Translations under genes and position numbers: made by a program
The notes under the pieces: model-generated
What the model was told of the DNA's origin: nothing
Database searches by the model: none
The model's input: the letters and a program-made list of their open reading frames with translations, nothing else
Source: Ancylonema sp.
Lineage: Eukaryota
Reading direction: 5' to 3'
DNA: 20,000 bases
NCBI GenBank assembly: GCA_050230475.1
Contig: JBFLGF010000017.1
Location: 110,740-130,739 of the forward strand
In this document: piece by piece, positions 9,620 to 20,000 of the stretch
Position numbering within the stretch: position 1 is the first letter of the stretch
How the letters are laid out: the number at the start of each line of letters is the position of its first letter

Positions 9620-10651
9620 GTAGGGTTTTGCCTCCGCGCCAACTGCGCCGCGGCCAACCGCGCAACCGCGCAGTGGTCAACCCCGACCGCGCTCATGTAA
9701 GTAATGGTTGGCCCACTTGGCTGATTTTTGGCCTGCCGCAAGTCAACTCCCACCCGGTTGGGACACGGATACGGTGGTTGGGTTGCGATCAGTGCGACTC
9801 GGAGAATCACGAAAACGGAATTGCATAATAAAAAAATGATATGCATTCATGTCCCCTCTCTCTCATTACATATTAAGTAAAAATCAAATTAAAGTTAGAC
9901 ACCAGAGTGTTCACATTGGCATAATTGTTGAATACTCTATCATCATTTAGCACGGTGAAAGCTACTATTGTCTTCGAAAACGGTAGAGATCGTAAAACCC
10001 CTTTGTAACAATATCCAGACCTCTCTAGTAAAAATACCATTGTTAGAAGCAATCAGATTCGATAGAAAGATTTCATGATTTTGTGTAAAGTTAGAATCAG
10101 TACTCCGCAAAATCCAACAACTTGTTGTAAACTCGAAATTAACGCGTGGCGTATTTTCCGAGTGCAATATCCAGCAGTCGTACAATTTAGACTGCGTGTC
10201 GATTTTTCAGCGCGTAGCGCAACATTGTTATCGACGATGATATTTCTGACTTGTCGATATTATCCCGGCGATAAAATCCAGCCGTAGAATACTTGACGTC
10301 TGAAGAATTTGTAGCGCCAAGATTAAATAGAAAAACTTCTAGAGTACAGTCGATTAACCATGTCGATTAACTCTAGTTAGTTTTTACGATAGACGATCGT
10401 AGCATAAAGACATTTTCATTTTACAGATCTTGTTAGCTTCCGCTGTCAGATTGCGCCGTCAAGAAACTTTCAAAAATCTTCTCTTCAAATCCTGTCAATT
10501 GTATCTGAATTCTTCCGCAACTCCTGGCTGACGACAGTTCTTGCCATCATCTCCGTGTCTCGTCTACGATTACTCATGCGACTACCAACGACGAATTTTG
10601 TAAGTTGACCGAAGTGACCTTCGCAACTTCCTGTCATTATTTGTATATTCC

Positions 10652-10866
10652 GCTGACGCTCTTACTGAGCCACCCTGTAAACTTGATTGTTTACCATCAC
10701 ATCTTAGTACTGACGCTCTTACTGAGCCAGTCCTAACCGTCTACCACGTTGCTGACGCTCTTACTATGCCAAAACTACTTTGTCGATTTACATCGATATG
10801 TTACCACTCGTACCGAGCCAATACGATAACGACGCGCAACCACTTGTTGACGTTCTAACTGAACCA
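10652..10866 (+). repeat. Array of spaced ~20-bp direct repeats (CTGACGCTCTTACTGAGCCA): 3 near-identical and 2 degenerate copies
   Basis: Copies at 10653-10672, 10710-10729, 10752-10771 (2 mismatches), 10801-10820 (14/20) and 10847-10866 (16/20), separated by unrelated 22-37 nt sequences. Confidence 0.8.
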
Positions 10867-11954
10867 ACAAACCACATCCATCAATCAACATCCGTCAACG
10901 CTCCGTTTGACAGCCGAACTTTCTACTCGAAAGTTTACCTTTCGGCTGTCGACCTTAATATTTTGCACCAAAGTACTATGTTTACCATCAATAATCCTTT
11001 CCAGACTTTTTATTGTTGATAGTGATTGTCAACTCGCCCTCGGCGTCAAGTAGTGTTCCACACATTCACGCACGAGAAAATGTGATAGAATTAGCGTAAA
11101 ACCTAGTTCTTAGCATAGACTCAATCTGCAACCCAACTTAGTGAGAGCAGCCGAGACAACTCGAACACTACTTGAACATCCAGAAGCAGTTACTGAAGCC
11201 GAACAATCGACTTCAGAAGTCCGAACCTACAACACTTCATCTATCCAATACTCTACAACGATCAACTACATCGATGACACCTTTGAGTTCTACAGAAACC
11301 CATCACGAGCAACCGACTCCAAACCGCACGTCAACGGGATTGTATCATTTTTGTAATTACATTGGCATAACTTTATCTTTAGTGAAGCTAAAGTCTGGTG
11401 CTTCGACTTTTTTTAACCATAAAAATAAATTGGCCAACTTATGATTTCATCTCTTAAACTCTCAAACATGTTCTCATGTTAACACCAAATTATATAACAC
11501 CGAAACTAGAGCTCGCTCCCGACCAACATTTCACTACAATGAATACAACATTGTATCTTCTTGATCCATGCATTGCAACACAACTTCATGCATTTGAAAA
11601 TAGTCACTAAAATTTGAATTATTCCTTTGATCGTGTGCTTTCTCGTGCTCCACTATCCACCTGAGTGACCACCTGAACCAGGTGGCTTTTTGAAAAATGC
11701 GCCAAAAAAAAAAAAAAAAAAAGCAACAACCAGTTTGTTTGTCCATTTAAAATTACAACCCCAGCCGCTTCTTTGTTCTTTGTGCACAATCACACACGGG
11801 TGCCTCACCATCTCTTCTGTTTTATTTACCTGATACCGATCTGTTGTTTCCACCTGCCAGATGCATACCCGTCCGCGACTTCATGTCCGTCTACTCCCAC
11901 CTCCTAGCATCAAACCACAGCTTTGTAGAAAGGTAAGGAAAACCATCCACATCT

Positions 11955-12056
11955 CCTCCCCCTACCCCCCTCCCCCCCCCACCCTCCCCCCTCCCCCCTC
12001 CCTCCATCCCCCCATCCCCCCACCCCCCCATCCCCCCCTCCCCCCATCCCCCCCTC
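11955..12056. repeat. Poly-C low-complexity tract (G-quadruplex / i-motif prone)
   Basis: About 100 bp of C runs, mostly 5-9 long, interrupted by T, A or AT. Confidence 0.9.
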
Positions 12057-12099
12057 GTAACCCTAAAATTCTGGTCACATGAGGTGCTGAGTGGTTGGG

Positions 12100-12190
12100 G
12101 GGTTAAGGTGTGGGGTTCTGGGTGTTGAATTTCGGGTATTGGGTCGTGGTTTCGGGCTTTGGGTTTTGGGTTTTCGGTTTTGGGTTCAGG
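12100..12190 (+). repeat. Degenerate telomere-like (TTTNGGG) repeats
   Basis: TTTCGGG, TATTGGG, TTTCGGG, CTTTGGG, TTTTGGG, TTTTCGG, TTTTGGG, TTCAGG in roughly 7-bp register. No perfect TTTAGGG unit. Confidence 0.55.
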
Positions 12191-13414
12191 TGTTTCCAGT
12201 TACCACGACAGCGGCGAGTTTGGCGTTGGTCGGTGGACAGAGGGGTTGGCCGCCAGAGGTGGACAAGGGGAGCTTTCGGAAAGGGAGTCGCAGGAGCGGT
12301 TGGGTGTGCTCTCTGCACCTCACGTAGGTGTAACATCACGAATGGACTAAGGCACGAAAAGTTTCCCGGACTGGGGGACCAGACACCCGAGGTACCGTTT
12401 CCGGACCGAGGTCCGTCCTTCAGACCGAAGATCCGAAACCGCCTACTTTGGGTCGTATCTATTTTTGGGGGTTGCAAGGGATTTCCCGTGGGAAAAAAAA
12501 ACGGAAGTAAGTTCGGAAGTTCGGAAGTTCGTTTTTTTCTTTTGCATCGTACAAAAATATCGATATTTTTTTTTGACATAACAAGGAAGTTATGAAAACG
12601 TGCAATGTTGATGAGTATGAGCGCCTTTCACCTAGAACCCCGAGAAACAAACTTGGGGAGATTTTCTTCCCAGTTGAGTGGGATGCCATCTTTCCATACC
12701 ATGTTTTTTTTTCTTTTTTTCTAGGTAGTGATACGAACAGTTGGATTCTTCGCACTCAAATCTGAAAAGTATTAAAATCTCAACATACTATTGACACGGT
12801 CGATGCTCAAACCAAATTTATATCCTCCCGAAAACATTCGACTTACATCTAATTTTAACCTTCTTGCATGACCAAATGCTCTGACATTTTGCGTTCCAGC
12901 CACCACATGTGTTTTTACAGTACACTACACAACTCTACTTTTTGAAAGGCTTTTTGGAAGTAGTCATCACGTCATAGCGAGATGATGCACATATGTTTTA
13001 TTATCAAATTCTACATAAATATAAGAGTGGATTCTATTCTCTCTCTATTTTGCAACCGTTTTGTGGTCCAAACTGAGGAGCATTCAAAATCGATAGAGTC
13101 AGTACGTTGGCATATTCAATACGCCAATACGGCGTACAATGCGGCGTATTGTATTGACCATACCCATGAATCATGGGCCATGATACTATCTTACCGACGA
13201 AGGAAAACTAAGGTCACGCAACCATAAAACTCGTAATTATCTTCGGTGGCATGCTTATCAGATGATGATGATGCATGCAACAATCCCACCCATTTTTGTG
13301 AACCGAAGAATCAACTTCTCGATCAAATGAACGGTTGGGTAAGATTTATAATTGGGCGCGCACATGTGCGCATCTCGTACCTTCTCGCAAAATCCAAATT
13401 TGAAATTTTGATTA

Positions 13415-13634
13415 CCGTAGTGGCCATACATAACGACCCGGGTTTCAAAAATTGAATTTATTTACTTGATAAACCACGATTGACCCAACCCGTGCGCACA
13501 ATAGAAATTTTACCGAAGTCCTAAATAACATTTATTATCCGCTGACCCACATTATAGAATGACCCTTTTTTTTTCAATGACTTATTTAATTTGACCCGAC
13601 CCACCCTTTTCATATTTATTTGAGGGCAGTACGG
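13415..13634. mobile_element. MITE copy 1 (same family as 14529-14766) with a deletion in the right TIR
   Basis: Begins TA|CCGTAGTGGCCATACATAACGACCC and is colinear with copy 2 throughout (e.g. shared TGACCCACATTATAGAATGACCC and GACCCGACCCACCCTTTTCATA). Ends GAGGG-CAGTACGG, lacking 14 nt of the TIR. Confidence 0.85.
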
Positions 13635-14528
13635 CTCATAGTAGTAAGAATTTCAAGTCTGTGTATGTTAAGTATTTTTTCCTACTTGGGCGCACACATG
13701 TGTGCGGGGTTGGGCACACGTATTCCGAACATGTGCACATCGCGCATGTGTTCCAAACATGTGCGCGATTTTAGTTGTGCGCGCCCAACTACGATAAGAT
13801 TCTTACCCAAAAAAAAGGGATGTCGTTTTGTAAGTCTTGTGTTTTTTTGTTACAGAAATCTCCCCGCATGAAAACTAAAACTAATCAAACAAACAAAAAA
13901 AATTGTTCCCGTTCCGCCCGGTCTGCATGCCCTTCCATAAAAATTATGGTTAGTTCATGCGACTATGTCCGTCCGTGCACATGAACCGTTCGTGGCCAGG
14001 GCCAACTATGCCTATAAAACGGTTCATAGTGGAAATAACCCGATTTTGTACTACTCCAAGGTATAACCACTTTTTGGGGAACCGTTTCCACACATCCGAT
14101 TCAAAAACCGTTCAGGCAATGTGCAACTCAGCTTGACATTTATTATCCATCCTTCTTCAGCCTTCATCAATTGATATATACATTATTGTCGCAATCCATT
14201 CATATTCTGAAGTGCATTACTGGTTAACACCAAAAGCTTGTGATCCAGAATGTAATATTGTTCTTTTATTATCAGACAAAGCCCGTACTTTGCATAGACT
14301 ACTGTGTTCTGTGTTGAAGAGGGACCAATGAAATAGTAAGAATTTTTCCTTGCGAGTGGGGGTAGTAAAAGGAAGGAGGTCACTCAAAGGGTTTCTTCCA
14401 TATATGAGTGTTGGGCTACTGATTAAAAACCCAAAAACCACTTTCTCCCAGACAACAATCAGTTGGGGATGGAGCTGCAACAGAAAGTAATTTGTGGGCC
14501 TGAATTGCGTGCACACAACATAGGTATA

Positions 14529-14766
14529 CCGTAGTGGCCATACATAATGACCCGGGTTTTTAAAAACGAATTAATTTAGCCAAGAAACCACCACTTGACC
14601 CAACCCGCACACCCAATACAAAATTTCCCAAAATCTTGAAAAACATATATTATCTAGTGACCCACATTATAGAATGACCCACTTTTTTGAAAAATCAAAT
14701 TATTTAATTCGACCCGACCCACCCTTTTCATAATTATTTGAGGGTCATTATGTGTGGCCAGTACGG
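14529..14766. mobile_element. MITE copy 2, Tc1/mariner superfamily (pogo/Tc2-like CCGTA ends), 238 bp, TA target-site duplication
   Basis: 25-bp TIRs CCGTAGTGGCCATACATAATGACCC and GGGTCATTATGTGTGGCCAGTACGG (2 mismatches), flanked by TA at 14527-14528 and 14767-14768. AT-rich interior with repeated GACCC motifs. Confidence 0.9.
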
Positions 14767-15049
14767 TATGTGAATATGCCATCTCAGATGTAACTTTCGA
14801 TTGTGCCTAGAGTAACCCTTATGAAGGAATAAAAACACAAAGACATGAACTTCCATAATTAGATGAATGCATTCACACCTAACCTGAATAATTTTTTGTT
14901 TTGTGGCTCATCATGTACAGATGTGACACAGCTCCCATATACCTACATCAAACCGCAACGATCTTGTTTCATAAGTCACTATACAAAGCAAAACGGGTGA
15001 ATCTTACCCCACCCTTAATTTGGCCACTAATATGTTTCTCAGGTGACGC

Positions 15050-17394
15050 CTACATACGCTCTTGAGAAATCCGTACAATTCTGCTGACCTTCTTCCGGAA
15101 CACCTCTCTCTCATCGCGCCATTCTTTCTGCACCACCATTTAGATAGACAACAGGTTAGAGAACCACCCCAACCCAACTTTCCATGTACCTTCTGGCGAC
15201 AGAAAAAAAAAGGTCCGCAGACTTGAATTTAAGCGTTAGAAGCGTGTCTTGGTGTCCCTCACAAAAACAACAAGTTTCTTTAAAAGGTCTTGAGTTCCTT
15301 TGCCTTCCTAATTATATAAGAAACTACCTCCCTACTATGTATCATCGTGCTGAGAGTGGGGCAACCTATGCAAAACCAACTTCAAGACTGAACTATTACA
15401 GCCTCTGCAAACACCTTCAAAAATATGACAATTGCAAAAGGGCACTAAGGTTCCGCCTCATCGCCCTACTGCCTGTATCCCAGCCATGGTACACTATCCA
15501 GTCTTTGCCGATTTGTTTTACAGCAAAGCACATTATTTGTCTATAATTTTCTAAAACCTCATATTGCGGACTGCAATACCGAGCTGCACCCCTTCCCCTT
15601 GCGAAGTCCTGACATGGCTTTGGTTTCCTTCACTCATGGTAATGATACCATGGAACATTTCATTTCACTTCATTTGTGAATCAGATTCTTTGACTCCACG
15701 CCTTACCCATCCTGATCGACAGAAGTGAGCAAACGGAGGCAAATGTGACCGATCCAAAGAGAAAAGTACTTACAGCAGCGTCAATATTTGCAGGGGATTC
15801 ATCGTTTGGACTCGACAGCATAGAGATTATGCTCACAAGAATGGTTTCCACCTGCACAACAGCATAACATGTTTTCCACTGTGAATTGCGTATGCACACA
15901 AAAAATAGGCCAAGCTGCCAACAAACTACTGACCACCCAGAGCGGGCGGCTCAGAGTGGAACGCATGGTCCATCTCGTGAACTGATCCCGTAATTGCTGG
16001 TCGATGGACACTGGTATAAGTCTAACAGAAGAGCAAGGTGTAGAATTGTCAGCCTAGCCGATAAAGGCAACGCATCACCGGGCTGGGTAAGTAGCAGAGA
16101 ACTAAGAAACTCAGCGGCCTATGCCAGATCACTCTTCTATACTGAAGGGTCAAGCTATGAACTATTCAGTTGTGACCCTTCTACAACAGAAACAGACCCT
16201 CTACAGGTCCCCCTTGCAATGCAAATTCTGCTGTTCTTCAGATCTTTCCTAATAAATCTGCTTCTGCTTCATAGCCAACAGAGTAGTACAGACAATATAC
16301 AGAAGACACACGTCATTAACTGTTGTGAAGAGCATTAGCCATAACCATCGAATAACATAAGATCATATGTCGCGACTGAAGTTCGCGAGCACGCCTCGTG
16401 TAGAAAGGGCTACGTACTGTATGCACAGGTGACCACCGTTCACTCGCCAGCTCGTAGCCGTTTGGATCGTCGCCGGGTGCGTGCAGGATGGAGATGCAAA
16501 CACGGCCATCAGGATACACTGCATGAAAGAGACAACCCCATCACGATTCGGCAAGAACCGGAACATGTCTTCATGGCACAGTATTTGAATATTCTGGCTG
16601 GCCTGTGCTATTGGACGAACAAGATTTCCAACTGTGAAATCTTGGATGTTCCAGGTGAGACGGCCGGATCAGAATGCATAACAAGTGCCTCCAAAACACG
16701 AAGGGTACAAGAATAGAACGCTTCGACTTTTATGACTGCCGTAGATTATCACAAAAAGTGAAGACTAACCATTGGGATGCCACATCTCTGATGTAAATCT
16801 GACAGACGGAGGAAGGTTTGGATAATTGGGAGGGAAGCTCATGATGGCCTGGAAAAATCCACCCTCACTGCAAACAACAACAGGTGGGATGCTGCTGAGA
16901 TAAAATATTGATAGAGTAGAGATCCGAAGGTAATAATTAACACCTGGTGTAGAGGAGAGAAAATTCAACTCCGTCTCTCGGCCTTGACTTCTTACTTCAA
17001 TGCTATTCAAGTCGGCTGGGTTTTGAACTCACTATAAGGTATCTGGCGGCCCGATGATTGTGACCTGCCACTCGAAGACATTTGAATCGTCTACAAGACC
17101 AGCAGAGAAACCATCCACCGGATTCCTTGTCAATTCTGCACCAAAAAAAATATCCAATGAGAATTATCGATTGAGAAACAAAGGATATTACCACAAAAAT
17201 GCTATGCCAGATCACAGGCTATGCGTCGATGAGAATAATCGATCGAGAAGCAAAGGTTTTTATGCCAGATCACAGGCTATGCGTCTAATCTAGACCCGGA
17301 ACGGATACCGATAATTGCCAATTGCGACACGGTGCACCATCCTACCTTTCAACTGTTTCCTTAACAGTAGACTTGCTTGTGCAGAGTCTGCCAT
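15050..17394 (-). CDS. UBC7: Ubiquitin-conjugating enzyme E2, UBC7/UBC13/UBC14 (UBE2G1-like) group; join(complement 17346-17394, 17033-17135, 16770-16867, 16418-16518, 15774-15851, 15050-15127); 168 aa
   Basis: Six GT-AG exons (49+103+98+101+78+78=507 nt) give [168 protein letters not shown]. It has the HPN motif, catalytic Cys (RVCISIL) and the acidic-loop insertion of this E2 class. Confidence 0.97.
17157..17285. repeat. Imperfect tandem duplication in UBC7 intron 1
   Basis: The 25-mer TATGCCAGATCACAGGCTATGCGTC is identical at 17203-17227 and 17261-17285, each preceded by ATGAGAAT(T/A)ATCGAT(T/C)GAGAA(A/G)CAAAGG. Confidence 0.85.
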
Positions 17395-17715
17395 AGGTTT
17401 TCCCGCCAAAAGATAGGTTCAGCCGATCTGGAACGAAACGGTAGCTGTTCTTAACAGGCTAGAAAACGTAACAACACAAAAGACAACGCAGAGCAACTTC
17501 TTCCGTGTGATTAAGACCAGCGACTTCTCTCCAATTATAAAGCTTGCAAGAAAGAGTTAACAGATGCACGACATGACTTCGCTCGGGAGAGAGACGCGGT
17601 GGCGAGGTTTTGCGACAATTAATTGTGGCACACTAGAGTAGTATCACCTCTCTGGTGTACATCCGTGTCTGTCTGTTTCTGATGTTGCGCCTCGGCGACC
17701 ACGAGCGAGAGAGAA

Positions 17716-17771
17716 AGGGCTCATGGCTCTCGTGAGCTCAGGGCTCATGGCTCCTCGTGAATAGCTCACGA
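17716..17771. repeat. Short tandem duplication with hairpin potential upstream of UBC7
   Basis: AGGGCTCATGGCTC(C)TCGTGA occurs twice. The second copy ends in the inverted pair TCGTGA-ATAGC-TCACGA. Confidence 0.7.
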
Positions 17772-18461
17772 TGTTTTGTCATCATTTCCGACCAGAAGTT
17801 TCCATCTTTCCATACAGTCAGCCCGCTCTATTGGCACCACTTTAGCAAGGGGTATTTCCTTATACAGTAGACCCCGATTTAAAACATGGTAATAAAAAAC
17901 AACAGCAATACTTTTATATAACGACCCGCAACTCTATGACGCCGACCTCGATACAAGGGAAAATAATAATAAAAACCGTTCCCTATATCGAGGTGTTTTT
18001 ATAAAAACATTCACTACTGGATTTTAAAACGTGTGTCCTTGTATCGAGGGACTTTGTGACTGAAGGAAAGGAAAAAAACAAATGTGTTGTTTACATGTTG
18101 CGTTTAGTAAGTTGCCTTGCATCATCACCCAATTCAACGTGTGTGTTGTGATACAATCTATACAACTGCGTAATGAGACAAATACATGGCGCGTATCAAA
18201 ATACAATCAAACGAATACACGAGGAGAGTTGGAGAAGTATTCAGGCCGTACGAAGTAGCAAAGTACTCTCATGTTTTCTTGGAGTAAAGACTCCAAGGCC
18301 TTGTCATTCGATGCATCGACTAACACATTCGTGGCATCCACATTTTGTTAATGAGTAGTAGCTGCACTTCTCCTTGCAGGAGCATCACCGCGCAATGCAT
18401 TTATCGCTACCTTTGTCAACAGCTTTATAAGAGCGGATCGGGGTATTCTCGTCCTCCCTTT

Positions 18462-18570
18462 CATAGTAGCACCAAACGCCAAAATGGGCCTTTTAGCCGT
18501 ACGGACGCAACACCAAATGCCTGTCCAAACGCACATTTCCAAACGTCTGTACACACTAAGGTGCCAGACG
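18462..18570. mobile_element. Probable terminus and subterminal repeats of the hAT element
   Basis: CATAGTAGCA followed by repeated CCAAACGC-like motifs (~18472, 18513, 18525, 18539, 18564), 3' of the minus-strand transposase remnant. The partner TIR is not visible in the window. Confidence 0.4.
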
Positions 18571-18576
18571 ACAATA

Positions 18577-18610
<34 letters not shown>

Positions 18611-18964
18611 GATTGTTTTTTGGGTACGTATTAGATGATTATTAATTCTTCATGACTCTTATTTTAGACATTTAACTACTTTATTTCTTGTTTTATTTCA
18701 AATTTCCTGTATTTTTGTCTTACAAATACATATTTTGGGATTATTTCACAATTTCCCCACCATTCTTCACCACATGTTTTTTCTTTTTCATTTTTCGACC
18801 TTTTGGTTTTACATCAACTTATTATCAAACACAATATGGCCTTGCTTGGGAAAACGTGTTCCAATATTTCATAATATCATCATTTCCCCCCCCCTACAAA
18901 AAAATATCACTCCAATTCGTTTTCTTTTCATTTTAGTATATCCTTCTCTCCCATCCCATCCACC

Positions 18965-19300
18965 CTATCCAAAGTATTCCGCCATCATCATAGAATTGGT
19001 GAACACATAGACTATATCATTTTCTCCGGACGGAGTTGACTTGTTTCTCCACTTGCTATGAATAGAGCCATAATCACTCCAAATCCTCTCGCATGCTCCC
19101 GCGCTGGTCACTAGTGATGTCACACTTCTCCAAAAACGTGGAACGGAAAAAGTTGCATCATCACACACGGAGTTATGAGATTCTTCACTCAATATAATGT
19201 GTGCGGGGGGGGAGATTTTTTAAACCTTCTCCATGCCAATACTGATGAGTCGGAATTTTTTTATCCTTCTTGTGTCTTGCATCTTCGGATCAACAATCTC
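18965..19300 (-). pseudogene. Decayed hAT transposase fragment (C-terminal dimerisation domain)
   Basis: SLVTSAGACERIWSDYGSIHSKWRNKSTPSGENDIVYVFTN matches the hAT C-terminal consensus S-A-S-x-C-E-R-N-W-S...I-H-S-K-x-R-N-R-L...D-L-V-Y-V-x-x-N. An upstream out-of-frame PTHQYWHGEG resembles the preceding P-x-x-W-W-x-x-x-G motif. Stops and frameshifts are present. Confidence 0.8.
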
Positions 19301-20000
19301 TCCCTTATGTTTATGTAATTGGAGTACTCCGCCCGCACATTCATCACCTACATTTGAGTATTCTGACACGTGTGCCAGATGGCCAAACTTATCGACACAA
19401 TCATTGCAACAAGTAATACGGCCGGAATTTAATGAATAACGACAATAGTAAAGCTAAGGTTCCCGCAATCACAAAAATCGATATAACAACAAAAGTTCAC
19501 AGTCCCTAGAAACTAACACCCCCTCCCAAGGTCCTTTTGTTTCCCCCTCCAAAAACGATAAAAGTTTGAATCGATTTTTCACAAAAAAAAACATTGACCA
19601 AGATACAAAAACCAAATATGTCTCAGCGACCAATCCTGGAGCTCGTCGCCCACTTTCATACCCACAAAAGTCCTCAACATATCATCAGCCTTGTCCACAT
19701 CAACTTAAACTCAATTGTCACCAAGCCTCGAATAAATATTGATGTCTTCCGTCGATCGAACTCCATTAACTTCACCAATTCCCAATCTCCTTTGCATCTT
19801 ACTCAAATAGATTGCCTCATTGCCAATAACACTCATACTCAAGTTCTCCCTAGCACAACTTAAGGAAGGGAGTGTTTCCATGAGACCAATTGTTAAGCTC
19901 ACAGTGTTAGACCCGGGAGGGGAAAGGATCTAGTTTGATGAACACTCACAAAGGGGAATGACACGATGGGAAAAGTGTATAAAAGTATGTGAGTACATGA

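Noticed and set aside
10652..10866. Bona fide CRISPR array
   Set aside because: Eukaryotic intron-containing context, no cas genes, repeat only 20 nt and non-palindromic, uneven spacer lengths, and a codon-like pattern of variation.
9900..11450. Intact LTR retrotransposon
   Set aside because: No paired LTRs, tRNA primer-binding site, or gag/pol motifs recognised; only compositional skew and short repeats.
11861..12595. Pro-rich or Gly/Phe-rich ORFs (extensin-like or membrane-like)
   Set aside because: They are translation artefacts of the poly-C tract and TTTNGGG repeats, and appear in several frames and on both strands.
11651..12730. CACTA element bounded by CACTA at 11651 and TAGTG at 12726-12730
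   Set aside because: The inverted match does not extend beyond about 5 nt and the 3-bp flanks (CTC vs ATA) do not form a TSD.
15128..17345. Intronic box C/D snoRNAs in UBC7
   Set aside because: I found no sense-strand UGAUGA box C paired with a CUGA box D and terminal stem by eye. A covariance-model search (Infernal/Rfam) would be needed to exclude H/ACA types.

Overview
Eukaryotic, intron-containing DNA, most consistent with a non-seed land plant or streptophyte (inferred from a chloroplast-type CYP28 and a plant-type UBC7). I could reconstruct two complete spliced minus-strand genes with canonical GT-AG introns. One is a 4-exon thylakoid-lumen cyclophilin of the CYP28 type (5578-8019, 434 aa). 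The other is a 6-exon UBC7/UBC13/UBC14 (UBE2G1-type) ubiquitin-conjugating enzyme (15050-17394, 168 aa). The left end (1-~2400, minus) is a frameshifted, 5'-truncated non-LTR retrotransposon with RT, CCHC zinc knuckle and restriction-like endonuclease, resembling the CRE clade. An uninterrupted GC-rich orphan ORF (3166-3852, +) lies between it and CYP28. Intergenic DNA is a mosaic of transposon debris: two copies of a ~238-bp TA-flanked Tc1/mariner-type MITE, a ~1.1-kb inverted-repeat element upstream of CYP28, a decayed hAT transposase, a poly-C/telomere-like block, and a short array of spaced 20-mers. I see no evidence of a clearly new multi-gene system. The best leads are the RLE-type retroelement, the orphan ORF and the spaced-repeat array.
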